From a virus: a stretch of DNA of 64,000 nt. The stretch is taken from positions 2,255-66,254 of the IMG/VR virus record IMGVR_UViG_3300042691_052885. One strand, given 5' to 3'. Under the pieces are notes generated by a model that made no database searches, was not told where the DNA came from, and worked only from the letters and a program-made list of their open reading frames with translations. The translations under genes and the position numbers were made by a program. Below, piece after piece: positions 50,527 to 59,780 of the stretch (its first letter is position 1; each line of letters starts with the position of its first letter).

Positions 50527-50788
50527 ACTAAAATGCTCCATTAGGATTCACCAATGGAAAACCTTTTTTGTAACCAATGGCAACATTATGAGAGAATGCA
50601 AACATTGCAAAACTCGTCAATATATGATGTTGGATAAGGCCAACCGTGAATTTACATGGGTGTCAAAACCAAAGTGGAAAACCGTAAATTACACTACAGA
50701 AATTATTGACTATCGAATAAAAAAGAAAAGCCAGACAAAACTTTTTACACTTTCGAGAATAAAAAACTTATGGAATTCAAAAACTTAA
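50507..50788 (+). CDS. Small Cys/His zinc-ribbon-like protein
   Basis: C...HQW...RECKHC. Confidence 0.5.
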   Translation: MWYLFDKLKCSIRIHQWKTFFVTNGNIMRECKHCKTRQYMMLDKANREFTWVSKPKWKTVNYTTEIIDYRIKKKSQTKLFTLSRIKNLWNSKT

Positions 50789-51078
50789 ATTTCTCTCCCA
50801 GAATGTTTGGTGATGGTTGGGGTTGCCAAACGCAAATTGGAAATTATGTACTCAGTGTACAGGCAGGGGAAGGCCTCTACTGTTCGCCCCGCGCTAACTT
50901 GGATTCTCCTGATTTGTATAAAACTTTTGAAGTTGCGGTATGGGAATCTGGAGACTCGCAGGGCTGGGCGACTCAAATGTTTTTTCCGGAAAATGGAGAT
51001 GACGTAGTATCAAATGTTACCCGAAAACAAATTACCGAGCTTATGAAAAAAATGGAAATGTATGGCACAGAAAAATGA
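50770..51078 (+). CDS. Hypothetical phage protein
   Basis: LSVQAGEGLYCSPR, FEVAV motifs. Confidence 0.65.
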   Translation: MEFKNLNFSPRMFGDGWGCQTQIGNYVLSVQAGEGLYCSPRANLDSPDLYKTFEVAVWESGDSQGWATQMFFPENGDDVVSNVTRKQITELMKKMEMYGTEK

Positions 51079-51340
51079 ACCCCGCGAAATCTATTTGATG
51101 ATTATTTTTGCATTGCTTATTTTACTGATAGCTACTGCAAGTTCTCCGATAAAAAAACCAAAAAAGATAGAAAGAACAGCAAAACCTATTGCATATCAAT
51201 ATTTGAATGATTCGGTAAAAGTTTGGTTTGTATGGACTGACAGCTCTGCAAATAAAATAATGAGCGCAGACACATCGGTGTTTTATCACAAGAGTCAGGC
51301 TCCAGGAATTAATGATATTGTAACTATTAAAATTCGCTAA
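51062..51340 (+). CDS. Hypothetical membrane-anchored protein
   Basis: N-terminal hydrophobic helix. Confidence 0.5.
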   Translation: MAQKNEPREIYLMIIFALLILLIATASSPIKKPKKIERTAKPIAYQYLNDSVKVWFVWTDSSANKIMSADTSVFYHKSQAPGINDIVTIKIR

Positions 51341-51342
51341 TA

Positions 51343-52548
51343 ATGAATTCAATTGATACTCAATATAAGCAACTGCTTAAAGACATATTAGATTTTGGCT
51401 CCGATAAGTCAGATCGTACTGGTGTTGGAACTCGATCCATTTTTGGCTATACCATTAGGCATAATATGCAGGACGGCTTTCCTCTTCTCACCACAAAGAA
51501 AATGTATTGGAAAGGTATTGTAACAGAACTACTATGGTTTTTAAGAGGCGATACCAACATTAAATTCCTTGTTGATAATGATTGTCATATTTGGGATGGT
51601 GATGCCTATAAAGCCTATCAAAATCATTTTGTCGGGCACGAAGATATTCCTTCAAAGGATTGGTTTATACATGAGATTAAGACTAATGATGAGTTTGCTA
51701 AGAAGTGGGGTGAATTAGGACCTGTGTATGGTAAGCAATGGAAAAATTGGAAAACATTCTTTACTCAAAAACAAGGTATAGACCAAATACAAAACCTAAT
51801 CAATGACCTTAAAACAAACCCAGACAGTAGACGACTAATGGTTTCGGCTTGGAATGTAGGTGAATTAAACGAAATGGTTCTTCCGCCTTGTCATTATGGA
51901 TTTCAGGTTTATACAAGAGAGTTGACTTGGGAAGAGCAAGTACAGTGGGTGATGAAGAATACTAATGTTGAATTAGAAAATTTCTACATTGTTGAAGAGA
52001 TTGCTAAAGATTCAACTCCTAAGCGAGCAATCTCTCTAATGTGGAATCAACGTTCAGTAGATACATTCTTAGGTTTACCATTCAACATCGCCTCTTACGG
52101 TTTGTTACTTGAAATCATTGCTAAAGCAGTTAATATGGTTCCTGACCAGCTGATTGGAAATTTAGGTGATGTTCATCTCTACAATAATCATTTTGAGGCA
52201 GCAAATGAAGTAATAGGAAGACCTTACGATCATACAGAACGTGAGGCTATGTTAAAGGCTGCAATGGGTACCGAAGATTACGAATACGCAATTTCACAAC
52301 TCGCACCGTTTGGAGGAGGCATGGGTTTGCATTACGATCACCATAAAATTCCTAAAACAACTCGTGAACCGTACACACTGCCGAAGTTGGTAATCAATAC
52401 TGAGTTTTGGCCAACGGAATCTGGAGAATGCGGAGTAGGTCCTTTGCATTCTAACATTGATACACTTATCAATAATATGCAGATTGATGACTTTCAAATA
52501 GTAGGTTATCAGTCGCATTCAGCAGTAAAAGCAAAACTCAATAACTAA
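51343..52548 (+). CDS. thyA: Thymidylate synthase
   Basis: DRTGVGT, FPLLTTK, ELLWFL, GPVYGKQW, SRRL, LPPCH, QRSVD, FNIASY, HLYNNH. Confidence 0.95.
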   Translation: MNSIDTQYKQLLKDILDFGSDKSDRTGVGTRSIFGYTIRHNMQDGFPLLTTKKMYWKGIVTELLWFLRGDTNIKFLVDNDCHIWDGDAYKAYQNHFVGHEDIPSKDWFIHEIKTNDEFAKKWGELGPVYGKQWKNWKTFFTQKQGIDQIQNLINDLKTNPDSRRLMVSAWNVGELNEMVLPPCHYGFQVYTRELTWEEQVQWVMKNTNVELENFYIVEEIAKDSTPKRAISLMWNQRSVDTFLGLPFNIASYGLLLEIIAKAVNMVPDQLIGNLGDVHLYNNHFEAANEVIGRPYDHTEREAMLKAAMGTEDYEYAISQLAPFGGGMGLHYDHHKIPKTTREPYTLPKLVINTEFWPTESGECGVGPLHSNIDTLINNMQIDDFQIVGYQSHSAVKAKLNN

Positions 52549-52549
52549 T

Positions 52550-52957
52550 ATGAATCTTGACGAAAGAAAAAGCCGAGTTAAAAAAATGTCGGCGCTAAAA
52601 ACACAAGCTCACCGTGCATGGGAAGCTGGAGATAATGATGGCGATCCCAATGAACGTGACTACTGGGTTCATGGTTATGTTGCTGCAATTTTAGGAACTA
52701 GCGGAAAACGTTTAGGCCTGCTAAATTTTGAAGGCGACGTGTTATCAATAACAAAAGAACATCATGGAGCCATTCACGTATATGATCAATGGAGTCACGT
52801 AGTTATGGTATGTACTCGTGAAGAACTGGATGAATGGCTTGATGGAAAATGGGCATGGACCGACAGCAGCGGCAAAATTTGGAATTACACGACCGAGCAT
52901 GAGGATGCCCGTACGCCTATTGAAAAAATTCATCACTTTTTAGACACAAATAAATAA
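52550..52957 (+). CDS. Hypothetical protein
   Basis: 135-aa ORF. Confidence 0.6.
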   Translation: MNLDERKSRVKKMSALKTQAHRAWEAGDNDGDPNERDYWVHGYVAAILGTSGKRLGLLNFEGDVLSITKEHHGAIHVYDQWSHVVMVCTREELDEWLDGKWAWTDSSGKIWNYTTEHEDARTPIEKIHHFLDTNK

Positions 52958-52960
52958 AAC

Positions 52961-53614
52961 ATGCAAAGATACGATATCATTAATAAGCTCATTAAGGAAA
53001 ATAATTTTAAGAGCTATTTAGAAATCGGAGTGCGCAATCCCGCATACTGTTTTGATTTAATTGATTGTGAAACAAAAGAAGGTGTTGACCCAGGAATTGA
53101 ATTTGAAGCAAATCCGGTTAAATATCCGTATGAGTCTGATACTTTTTTTGAAAAGCTTGAAAGCAATGAATTGGATAAAGATCCGGATTTTAAGTGGGAT
53201 ATCATCTTTATAGATGGTTTACATGTAAGTTATCAAGTTTTGCGTGATATAAAAAATTCATTAAAACATTTAAGTCCAAATGGATTTATTGTTTTGCATG
53301 ATTGCAATCCGCAAGATATCTTTTTTGCTCGTGAAGACTATTCTGTTAATGGCAGGCCTGCTGCATGGAATGGCACTGTTTGGAAAGCATTGCATTATTT
53401 AAGAGTCAACTCGTCTTTGGATATTTGTACCTTAAACACAGATTGCGGTTGCGGAATTATTCGGTTTGAAAACCCAGATAAACCAAGGCCTTCTATAGAA
53501 TTTGATAATCATTTTTATGAGTATAATACAATGTCAAAAAAACGCAGAAAAGATCTTGGATTAATTGAATTGCATGAATTCGAAGATTGGCTTACATACA
53601 AATTACGTGTATAA
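52961..53614 (+). CDS. Class I SAM-dependent methyltransferase (Methyltransf_24-like)
   Basis: YLEIGV, GVDP, DIIFIDGLH, GFIVLHDCNP. Confidence 0.85.
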   Translation: MQRYDIINKLIKENNFKSYLEIGVRNPAYCFDLIDCETKEGVDPGIEFEANPVKYPYESDTFFEKLESNELDKDPDFKWDIIFIDGLHVSYQVLRDIKNSLKHLSPNGFIVLHDCNPQDIFFAREDYSVNGRPAAWNGTVWKALHYLRVNSSLDICTLNTDCGCGIIRFENPDKPRPSIEFDNHFYEYNTMSKKRRKDLGLIELHEFEDWLTYKLRV

Positions 53615-53641
53615 CATTTTATCATATAAAACAAATACCAC

Positions 53642-53911
53642 ATGGAAAACAACATTAGTCCAAATGAGGCAAAAGACCGAGAAGATTACACCTTTGGCGC
53701 ACTAGTTTTTGCAAAGGCTTTACACCATATTCTTAAAGAAGGCATGGGTGTTGCTATTGAAATTGAGGAATCCGAAAAGCATTCGTCATTTCCAGAATCT
53801 ACCAAGTTTATCGTGTATTCCTTAAACGGAACAATACAAATAGAACCAGCAACTCAGCCGCTAGAGCCGGGTGAAGTTTTTAATGTTTTAGATTGGCAAA
53901 ACAATTTATGA
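53642..53911 (+). CDS. Hypothetical protein
   Basis: 89-aa ORF. Confidence 0.55.
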   Translation: MENNISPNEAKDREDYTFGALVFAKALHHILKEGMGVAIEIEESEKHSSFPESTKFIVYSLNGTIQIEPATQPLEPGEVFNVLDWQNNL

Positions 53912-54534
53912 GCACCGAAGAAATTTTTAAGTCAACAACGGATTGGCCGTCCTTTGTATGCGTAGACAATTTTTATGATAACCCTGATGCAGTTCGAAAT
54001 TTTGCGCTTTCACAAGAATTTATAGCGCATGAGCAGTATCACAAAGGAAAGAGAACTGAGGTCTTATACCGTCCAGAAAGTCTAAAACAAAAGTTTGAAA
54101 AAATCCTTGGAAGGAAAATTACAAAGTGGGTTGATTACGGCGTAAACGGCTGTTTTCAGCACTGCGTTGCAAAAGACCAAATAGTTTATCATTATGATAC
54201 ACAGAATTACGCCGGTGTAATTTACCTAACGCCCGACGCCCCGCCAGAAAGTGGAACCACTTTTTATCGTTCTCGACGAAACAAATTAATGAAGATTCTG
54301 AATTCAAAGCAAGCATTGGCAACGGGAAAATCTTTCAATCAATTGCAAGCGGAAACTTTCTACAATGGGTTTTTTGATAAAACACAGTTTGAAATGGTGG
54401 ACACCGTTGGCAATGTTTACAATCGTTTAGTCTTATGGGATGCTCATATTTTGCATGCGGCAACTTCTTATTTTGGAACCAATCTTCAAAATTCAAGACT
54501 ATTCCATCTTTTCTTTTTTGATGTTGAAAAATAA
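53908..54534 (+). CDS. 2OG-Fe(II) oxygenase-like protein (DUF6445-like)
   Basis: VDNFY.NPD.VR, HYD, AGVIYLTP, GTTFY, YNRLVL, HAA, RLF. Confidence 0.8.
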   Translation: MSTEEIFKSTTDWPSFVCVDNFYDNPDAVRNFALSQEFIAHEQYHKGKRTEVLYRPESLKQKFEKILGRKITKWVDYGVNGCFQHCVAKDQIVYHYDTQNYAGVIYLTPDAPPESGTTFYRSRRNKLMKILNSKQALATGKSFNQLQAETFYNGFFDKTQFEMVDTVGNVYNRLVLWDAHILHAATSYFGTNLQNSRLFHLFFFDVEK

Positions 54535-54542
54535 TAATCATT

Positions 54543-55034
54543 ATGGCAAACAATAACTTTCCAATATACGCGGATGATCGAGGATTTATTTCAGTGTTTG
54601 AAATTTTTAGCGGATGCGTACAAATAAACACGTCATACAATAAAAACAAATACACCTTTCGCGGAATTCACACTCAAATAAACGGAGCTGAACAAACCAA
54701 GGTTATTCGAGTTTTATCCGGTAAAGCGCTAGTAATTACAATTAATCTTAATAGGTCCTCACAAAATTTTGGCGAAATTTCCGAAACTTTATTGGAAGTA
54801 GGCCAGGAAATTACAGTGCCGAAAGGATTTGGAAATTCTTTTTTGACATTGGAAGATAACACATTAATTCAATACGGCGTAGATTATCCGTATTCACCGG
54901 AAAATGAAAAACGCATTAATTGGAAAAGCATACCTGACATTAAGAAAACCGTGATTTCGTATTCGCAAGGAAACCCTATTACAATTAGTGAACAGGACAA
55001 TACTGCTCCGCTTTTCCAATTCTCGGATTTTTAA
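54543..55034 (+). CDS. rmlC: dTDP-4-dehydrorhamnose 3,5-epimerase-like cupin
   Basis: DDRG, FRGIHTQ, QTKVIRV, VPKGFGNSFLTLED, YSPENE. Confidence 0.8.
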   Translation: MANNNFPIYADDRGFISVFEIFSGCVQINTSYNKNKYTFRGIHTQINGAEQTKVIRVLSGKALVITINLNRSSQNFGEISETLLEVGQEITVPKGFGNSFLTLEDNTLIQYGVDYPYSPENEKRINWKSIPDIKKTVISYSQGNPITISEQDNTAPLFQFSDF

Positions 55035-55043
55035 TACTGCACT

Positions 55044-56879
55044 ATGAAAAAATTAGCATTTGTTACCAGATGCGTTCGTCAAAATAATTTAGAAGCAATT
55101 GCAAAATCTCTCAAGTCTGCAATTGAAAAAGGCCATGAATGGCATGTAATTTTTGACTCTTCTGCAATAACACAGATTGAAACTAAATCTATAGAAATAC
55201 TTCAAAAAGCCAACGCACATTTTTATTTTAGAAGTAGCACCCCGCAAAATTTTGGGTATGACAACATTAACTATGTTATTTCTGAAAAAATAGAAGGCGA
55301 TCCATGGTTACATATTATTGATGACGATAATACCTTGCATCCGGATCTGGTAAAAGAATTTGAGTCTTTAGAAGAGCTTACACCGTGTATTGTAATTAAT
55401 CAGTATGTAGGCGGAAAGGACTTTACAAAATTAGAGGTTCGAGAAGCCAAGCCAGAAAATATGAAATGGCAAGGCGTGGATATTGCCCAGGTGTTAATAC
55501 AAAAAAGTTTTTTGCTAGAGAAGACAAAGGGCTTTTTAATGGGTTATTCTGGAGATGGCTACACAATTGAAAAACTTCATAAAGACTATCCAGAAAGTTT
55601 TAGCTACATTGAAAAAATACTCTGCTATTACAATGATTTGGAAAAGCCATTTGGGTCTGAGCCGCGAATTCTTTATTTAGGTGATCTACCAAATACTGCA
55701 CAGACCTGCAAATCATCGGCGCCTTTTGAATCTGATAAGCTAAACATTTTATACGAGCCTACTGAAGAAAATCTAACAAAAAGAATTAAGGAATTTAATC
55801 CCGACGCAATCATAACGCGTTCATCTGATTGGCGCAATTTTTCAAAGTTAACGCGAATGCCAGAAAACATTCGAAGAAAATGGATGCATTTTCAAAATGA
55901 TGTTGATGATAATAAGGGGGATAACATTTACAATGTAGCAATGCATGCAATGCTGGAACCCGATACAAAACTTGCATCAATATTTACATCGGCGTACAAC
56001 ATTAAGGATAAAATACTTAGAACATACAAATCAATTGCAGCGCAAACATACCAAAATTGGGAGTGGGTAATTGTAAACGACTCTACCGATGGCGGTGCAA
56101 CACAAAAAGTTCTTGACCAATTAAGTGAGCAAGATCCACGAGTTAAAGTATATGAGTTTCGAAAGAAGTCAGGCGGCGTTGTAGGGGAAGCGAAATATCG
56201 AGCAGCTGCTTTATGTAAAGGCGAATACTTAATGGAAATGGATCATGACGATGAGCTTACAGAAGATGCGGTTGAGCTAATGGTAAAAGCATTCACGGAA
56301 TACCCTGATGCCGGATTTGTTTATTCGGATTGTATAGAAAGCGATGAAAAATTAGCCACCCGCAAATATCCAAAAGGGTTTGCATTTGACTATGGAAATT
56401 ATTATGAAGATACAATAAGAGGACATAAAGTTTCTGTATGTGCATGCGTTCCAGTAAACCCAAAAACAATTAGGCATATTGTAGGTGTACCTAATCATTT
56501 TAGAGCATGGCGTCGTACACACTATTTTGAAATCCGTGGACATAACCGAGGATTGACAATTGCGGATGACTACGAATTGATTGTTAGATCCTTTCTTACA
56601 ACTCGATTTGTAAGAATTCCAAAATGTTGCTACATACAGTATTACCATACCGGTAATACACAAAATGCAAATGGTGGTGCAACTCGAAAAGACATTCAAA
56701 GAAGAGTAAAAACTATTGCAAACCATTACAATGAAAGAATTGCAAAAAGATTTGAAGAGCTTGGAATGGAAGACTGGGCTTACAAAGAAAATCCGCGTAG
56801 CCCTCTTAATGTTAAAAGCATTATGGACGCGCCAGACGCGGCATATACATTAGAAATCAAAATAAAGGAAACAATATGA
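55044..56879 (+). CDS. Tandem GT-A glycosyltransferase (GT2)
   Basis: N-domain IDDDN; C-domain FTSAYN, WEWVIVND, EMDHDD, ADDYEL. Confidence 0.85.
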   Translation: MKKLAFVTRCVRQNNLEAIAKSLKSAIEKGHEWHVIFDSSAITQIETKSIEILQKANAHFYFRSSTPQNFGYDNINYVISEKIEGDPWLHIIDDDNTLHPDLVKEFESLEELTPCIVINQYVGGKDFTKLEVREAKPENMKWQGVDIAQVLIQKSFLLEKTKGFLMGYSGDGYTIEKLHKDYPESFSYIEKILCYYNDLEKPFGSEPRILYLGDLPNTAQTCKSSAPFESDKLNILYEPTEENLTKRIKEFNPDAIITRSSDWRNFSKLTRMPENIRRKWMHFQNDVDDNKGDNIYNVAMHAMLEPDTKLASIFTSAYNIKDKILRTYKSIAAQTYQNWEWVIVNDSTDGGATQKVLDQLSEQDPRVKVYEFRKKSGGVVGEAKYRAAALCKGEYLMEMDHDDELTEDAVELMVKAFTEYPDAGFVYSDCIESDEKLATRKYPKGFAFDYGNYYEDTIRGHKVSVCACVPVNPKTIRHIVGVPNHFRAWRRTHYFEIRGHNRGLTIADDYELIVRSFLTTRFVRIPKCCYIQYYHTGNTQNANGGATRKDIQRRVKTIANHYNERIAKRFEELGMEDWAYKENPRSPLNVKSIMDAPDAAYTLEIKIKETI

Positions 56880-57205
56880 AAAAAGCAGAAACTAGACCCG
56901 AGGCAAAAGACCTTGTTTTTACAAACCATCGAGTTTTAGCATCCGTAAACCAATTGATTGCTGTTTGCGGCGAACCTTCACATCGCGGAAAAGTTGAAGA
57001 GGAAGTTCAATTTGGTTGGGATATGCAAACTGAAGAAGGCGACTTCTTTGCAGTATTTGACTGGAAAGAAAACCGTGAATTCCCAGAAGACGAAATTCTT
57101 ATTTGGAATATAGCATCGCAAAATGCGTACGCGTCTGCAATCGGGCAAGAGGAAGTGTTAGAAGCGCTGGATAAACATGCCGCAAATTCTCAGCCTGCGG
57201 AATAG
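56876..57205 (+). CDS. Conserved phage protein (paralog of 37554..37859)
   Basis: CGEP...W.MQTEEGD.F.VFDWK...WNI. Confidence 0.65.
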   Translation: MKKAETRPEAKDLVFTNHRVLASVNQLIAVCGEPSHRGKVEEEVQFGWDMQTEEGDFFAVFDWKENREFPEDEILIWNIASQNAYASAIGQEEVLEALDKHAANSQPAE

Positions 57206-57215
57206 GCGTAAATTT

Positions 57216-57292
57216 TGTTAACAACTAATTACCCAAAGATTTTTTTCTTTGGGTTTTTTGTTTTATTTTTATACTATCAAATTAATACTGAT
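57216..57292 (+). repeat. Cassette element copy 9
   Basis: TGTTAACAAC variant, perfect CCCAAAGA/TCTTTGGG hairpin; ATG 57293. Confidence 0.9.
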
Positions 57293-57679
57293 ATGGAAAA
57301 AACACTGTTCTTACTTCGTGGCTTACCAGGCGCTGGTAAATCTACATTAGCAAAAGCGCTAGGCGTAAAACAATTTGAAGCGGATATGTATTTTGTCAAT
57401 GAAAATGGCGAATACAATTTCAATCCTGCCAAAATCCGAGATGCTCACCAATGGTGCCAAAACAATGTTGCTCATACAATGAGCTTTGGAGTTCCTGTGG
57501 CTGTATCAAATACGTTTACGCAGGAATGGGAAATGGACGCTTACTACGAATTGGCGGAAAAATACGGATATACCGTTTTTTCTCTTATTGTAGAAAATAG
57601 ACACGGTGGTAAGAACATTCACGGATGTCCTGACGAGCACGTTGAGGTAATGAGAAACAGATTTCAAATACAACTATAA
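57293..57679 (+). CDS. P-loop polynucleotide-kinase-like protein (AAA_33/N4BP2-like)
   Basis: LRGLPGAGKST, EADMYF, AHQWCQ, VSNTF, NIHGCP. Confidence 0.82.
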   Translation: MEKTLFLLRGLPGAGKSTLAKALGVKQFEADMYFVNENGEYNFNPAKIRDAHQWCQNNVAHTMSFGVPVAVSNTFTQEWEMDAYYELAEKYGYTVFSLIVENRHGGKNIHGCPDEHVEVMRNRFQIQL

Positions 57680-58036
57680 ATGAAAAACATTAACAACATT
57701 AACTTTGACAAGTACAAACATACGTCTATCAAAGTTGAGAAGGTAGAGGATACTAAGTTTGATGGTGATCATCTAAACGGGTACAATCCTGGATTTAAGA
57801 TTGACGGTTGTTTGATTAACTTAACACTATCCAACCAACATTGTTGCTTATTTGTGGACTACGGAGATAGATGGTTCCATACATCTGAAGTTCGTAAGCA
57901 GGAAGAGTGTGAAGGTTATGACTTATTGCACACACTTAACTCAGTGTACAAGGTAACACCAAACTTCGTAGCTATTCCAGGAGCGCAAGAAAAGTACTCA
58001 CTAACATTAGAAAGCGATGGCGAAGAGGTTGAGTAG
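57680..58036 (+). CDS. Hypothetical protein
   Basis: FHTSEV...HTLNSVY motif. Confidence 0.6.
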   Translation: MKNINNINFDKYKHTSIKVEKVEDTKFDGDHLNGYNPGFKIDGCLINLTLSNQHCCLFVDYGDRWFHTSEVRKQEECEGYDLLHTLNSVYKVTPNFVAIPGAQEKYSLTLESDGEEVE

Positions 58037-58310
58037 GCAAGAGAAGATTGATCAAGCAATCAAGGACCTAATCAACAAGATGTTTGAGATTGCTGGTCAT
58101 GATGTTACCTATGAAGATATCATAGGAAGAACAGACAACTGGTACACCAACTGGACTATGACTATGGCTCAGGCTGAGGAGTGGAAAGGTTGGGGTGTAG
58201 AATACCTACGCAAGAGTTTGAGAATGTCTAAACAAGCAGCAGAACGAGAAATGTTGTGGGCGAATTTACAATGGGGATTAAAATACGAAGACTATAGAGA
58301 TGGAAAATAA
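58017..58310 (+). CDS. Hypothetical protein
   Basis: 97-aa helical ORF. Confidence 0.6.
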   Translation: MAKRLSRQEKIDQAIKDLINKMFEIAGHDVTYEDIIGRTDNWYTNWTMTMAQAEEWKGWGVEYLRKSLRMSKQAAEREMLWANLQWGLKYEDYRDGK

Positions 58311-59421
58311 TAACTCAGTGTGCTATGTAGCACGCATAAACGAAATCAAACCAATCCCAGGTGCTGATAACATCGAACAAGGCGTAATCGGAGGATGGAA
58401 TTGTATTTTCAAGAAAGGGGAATACAAAGTAAATGACTTGGTAGCCATTGCTACAACAGATGCTGTTATACCCCAAGGGCTTTCAGATGCAATGAACGTG
58501 ACTAATTACTTACGCAAAGGACAACGTGTACGTACTGTGAAGCTGAGAGGGGTATATTCCGAGTGTTTAGTAATTCCTAACCAATTTTTACCGGTTGGCT
58601 ACAACCCAGAAGGTAAGGATCTGATGGATTCGTTGAGTATCTTCAAATACGAACCACCGGTAGTACAAGTACAATTGGCGTCAGGGCGTAAGATCAGATA
58701 CCACCAAAATCCTAACTTCCATGTCTATTACAAGTTTCCAAACTTAAAAAATGTGGCTGGAATGTTTAATGAAAACGATGCTGTAGAAATTACTCGTAAG
58801 TTGCATGGTACAAATGCTCGTTACGGTATTGTAAAGAAGACCAGGCTTTCCATTTTAGATCGAATAAAGAAATTCTTGAGAATCGGAAAACATATCGAAT
58901 ATGAATTTGTATACGGCTCTCATAACGTAGAAAAAGGATCGGATTCACAAGGTTTTTATGACACGGATGTTTGGAAGACAATTGCAGAAAAACATAACAT
59001 TCGAGAAAAGCTTTGGAATTTATTTGATTTGTCAAAGGACCTATATGATATTCAAGAAGGAATTGTAATTTACGGAGAAATCTATGGTCCTGGAATCCAG
59101 AAAAATTATGACTATGGATTGACTGAATTAAAATACGCAGGATTTGATGTTACAATCAATGGTCAATATTGTGAAGGCGCCAGAAGTTTTGCAATTCATA
59201 ATATCATGGGACTTGATTATGTTCCTGAATTGTATATTGGTCTTTGGTCGCAGGAAATACAAGACAAATACACTTTCAATAACTTTATTGAAGGAACCCA
59301 AATTCCGCATGAAGGTATTGTTATCAAATCTATAGATGGCAATCGACAAAAAGTTGCTAAGGTAATTAATCCGGATTATTTGATCTATGGAGAAAAGCAT
59401 GATGTTGGCGACAGCCATTAA
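58300..59421 (+). CDS. ATP-dependent RNA ligase (Rnl2/DRB0094-like)
   Basis: PIPGADNIE OB domain, KLHGTN motif I, GEIYGPGIQ, FD, EGIVIK. Confidence 0.88.
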   Translation: MENNNSVCYVARINEIKPIPGADNIEQGVIGGWNCIFKKGEYKVNDLVAIATTDAVIPQGLSDAMNVTNYLRKGQRVRTVKLRGVYSECLVIPNQFLPVGYNPEGKDLMDSLSIFKYEPPVVQVQLASGRKIRYHQNPNFHVYYKFPNLKNVAGMFNENDAVEITRKLHGTNARYGIVKKTRLSILDRIKKFLRIGKHIEYEFVYGSHNVEKGSDSQGFYDTDVWKTIAEKHNIREKLWNLFDLSKDLYDIQEGIVIYGEIYGPGIQKNYDYGLTELKYAGFDVTINGQYCEGARSFAIHNIMGLDYVPELYIGLWSQEIQDKYTFNNFIEGTQIPHEGIVIKSIDGNRQKVAKVINPDYLIYGEKHDVGDSH

Positions 59422-59424
59422 TTT

Positions 59425-59502
59425 TGTTAATAACTTTAGGCCCAGAGATTTTTTTCTCTGGGTTTTTTGTATTATTTTTATCCTATCAAATTTATACTGA
59501 AT
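59425..59502 (+). repeat. Cassette element copy 10
   Basis: CCCAGAGA-T6-TCTCTGGG; ATG 59503. Confidence 0.9.
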
Positions 59503-59709
59503 ATGAATAACACAACAAATACTTACACATTCCTTGGAACCCGCTGGGTACCTGGTTACAACGATTTTGATTTTGATGATTTCACAATTATCGCTACCAA
59601 TGAAACGGAGGCATGGGATATTCTTTGGAAATTGAGTGGAAGATTTACCTGGGGAGAAGTCAACCTGGTGTACATTAACGGTGAGTTGGTTGAAAGGGAA
59701 AATTGTTAA
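59503..59709 (+). CDS. Small acidic protein, single-gene cassette
   Basis: Bounded by repeat copies 10 and 11; its stop is the TAA of TGTTAA. Confidence 0.7.
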   Translation: MNNTTNTYTFLGTRWVPGYNDFDFDDFTIIATNETEAWDILWKLSGRFTWGEVNLVYINGELVERENC

Positions 59710-59780
59710 TAACTTTTGGCCAAAACATTTTTTTCTTTGGGTTTTTGGTATTATTTTTATCCTAACAAAATTAATCATAT
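59704..59780 (+). repeat. Cassette element copy 11
   Basis: TGTTAATAACTTTTGGCCAAAACATTTTTTTCTTTGGG...; ATG 59781. Confidence 0.9.

Noticed and set aside
51900-52450. Intron or intein in thyA
   Set aside because: Insertions are short and in frame, with no splice motifs
8759-59502. N-terminal extensions such as MGFLFYFY, MLITLDPKIFF, MGFWYYFY, MLTTNYPKIFF, MYYFYP
   Set aside because: These are translations of the repeat element; the real starts are the ATGs at its 3' end
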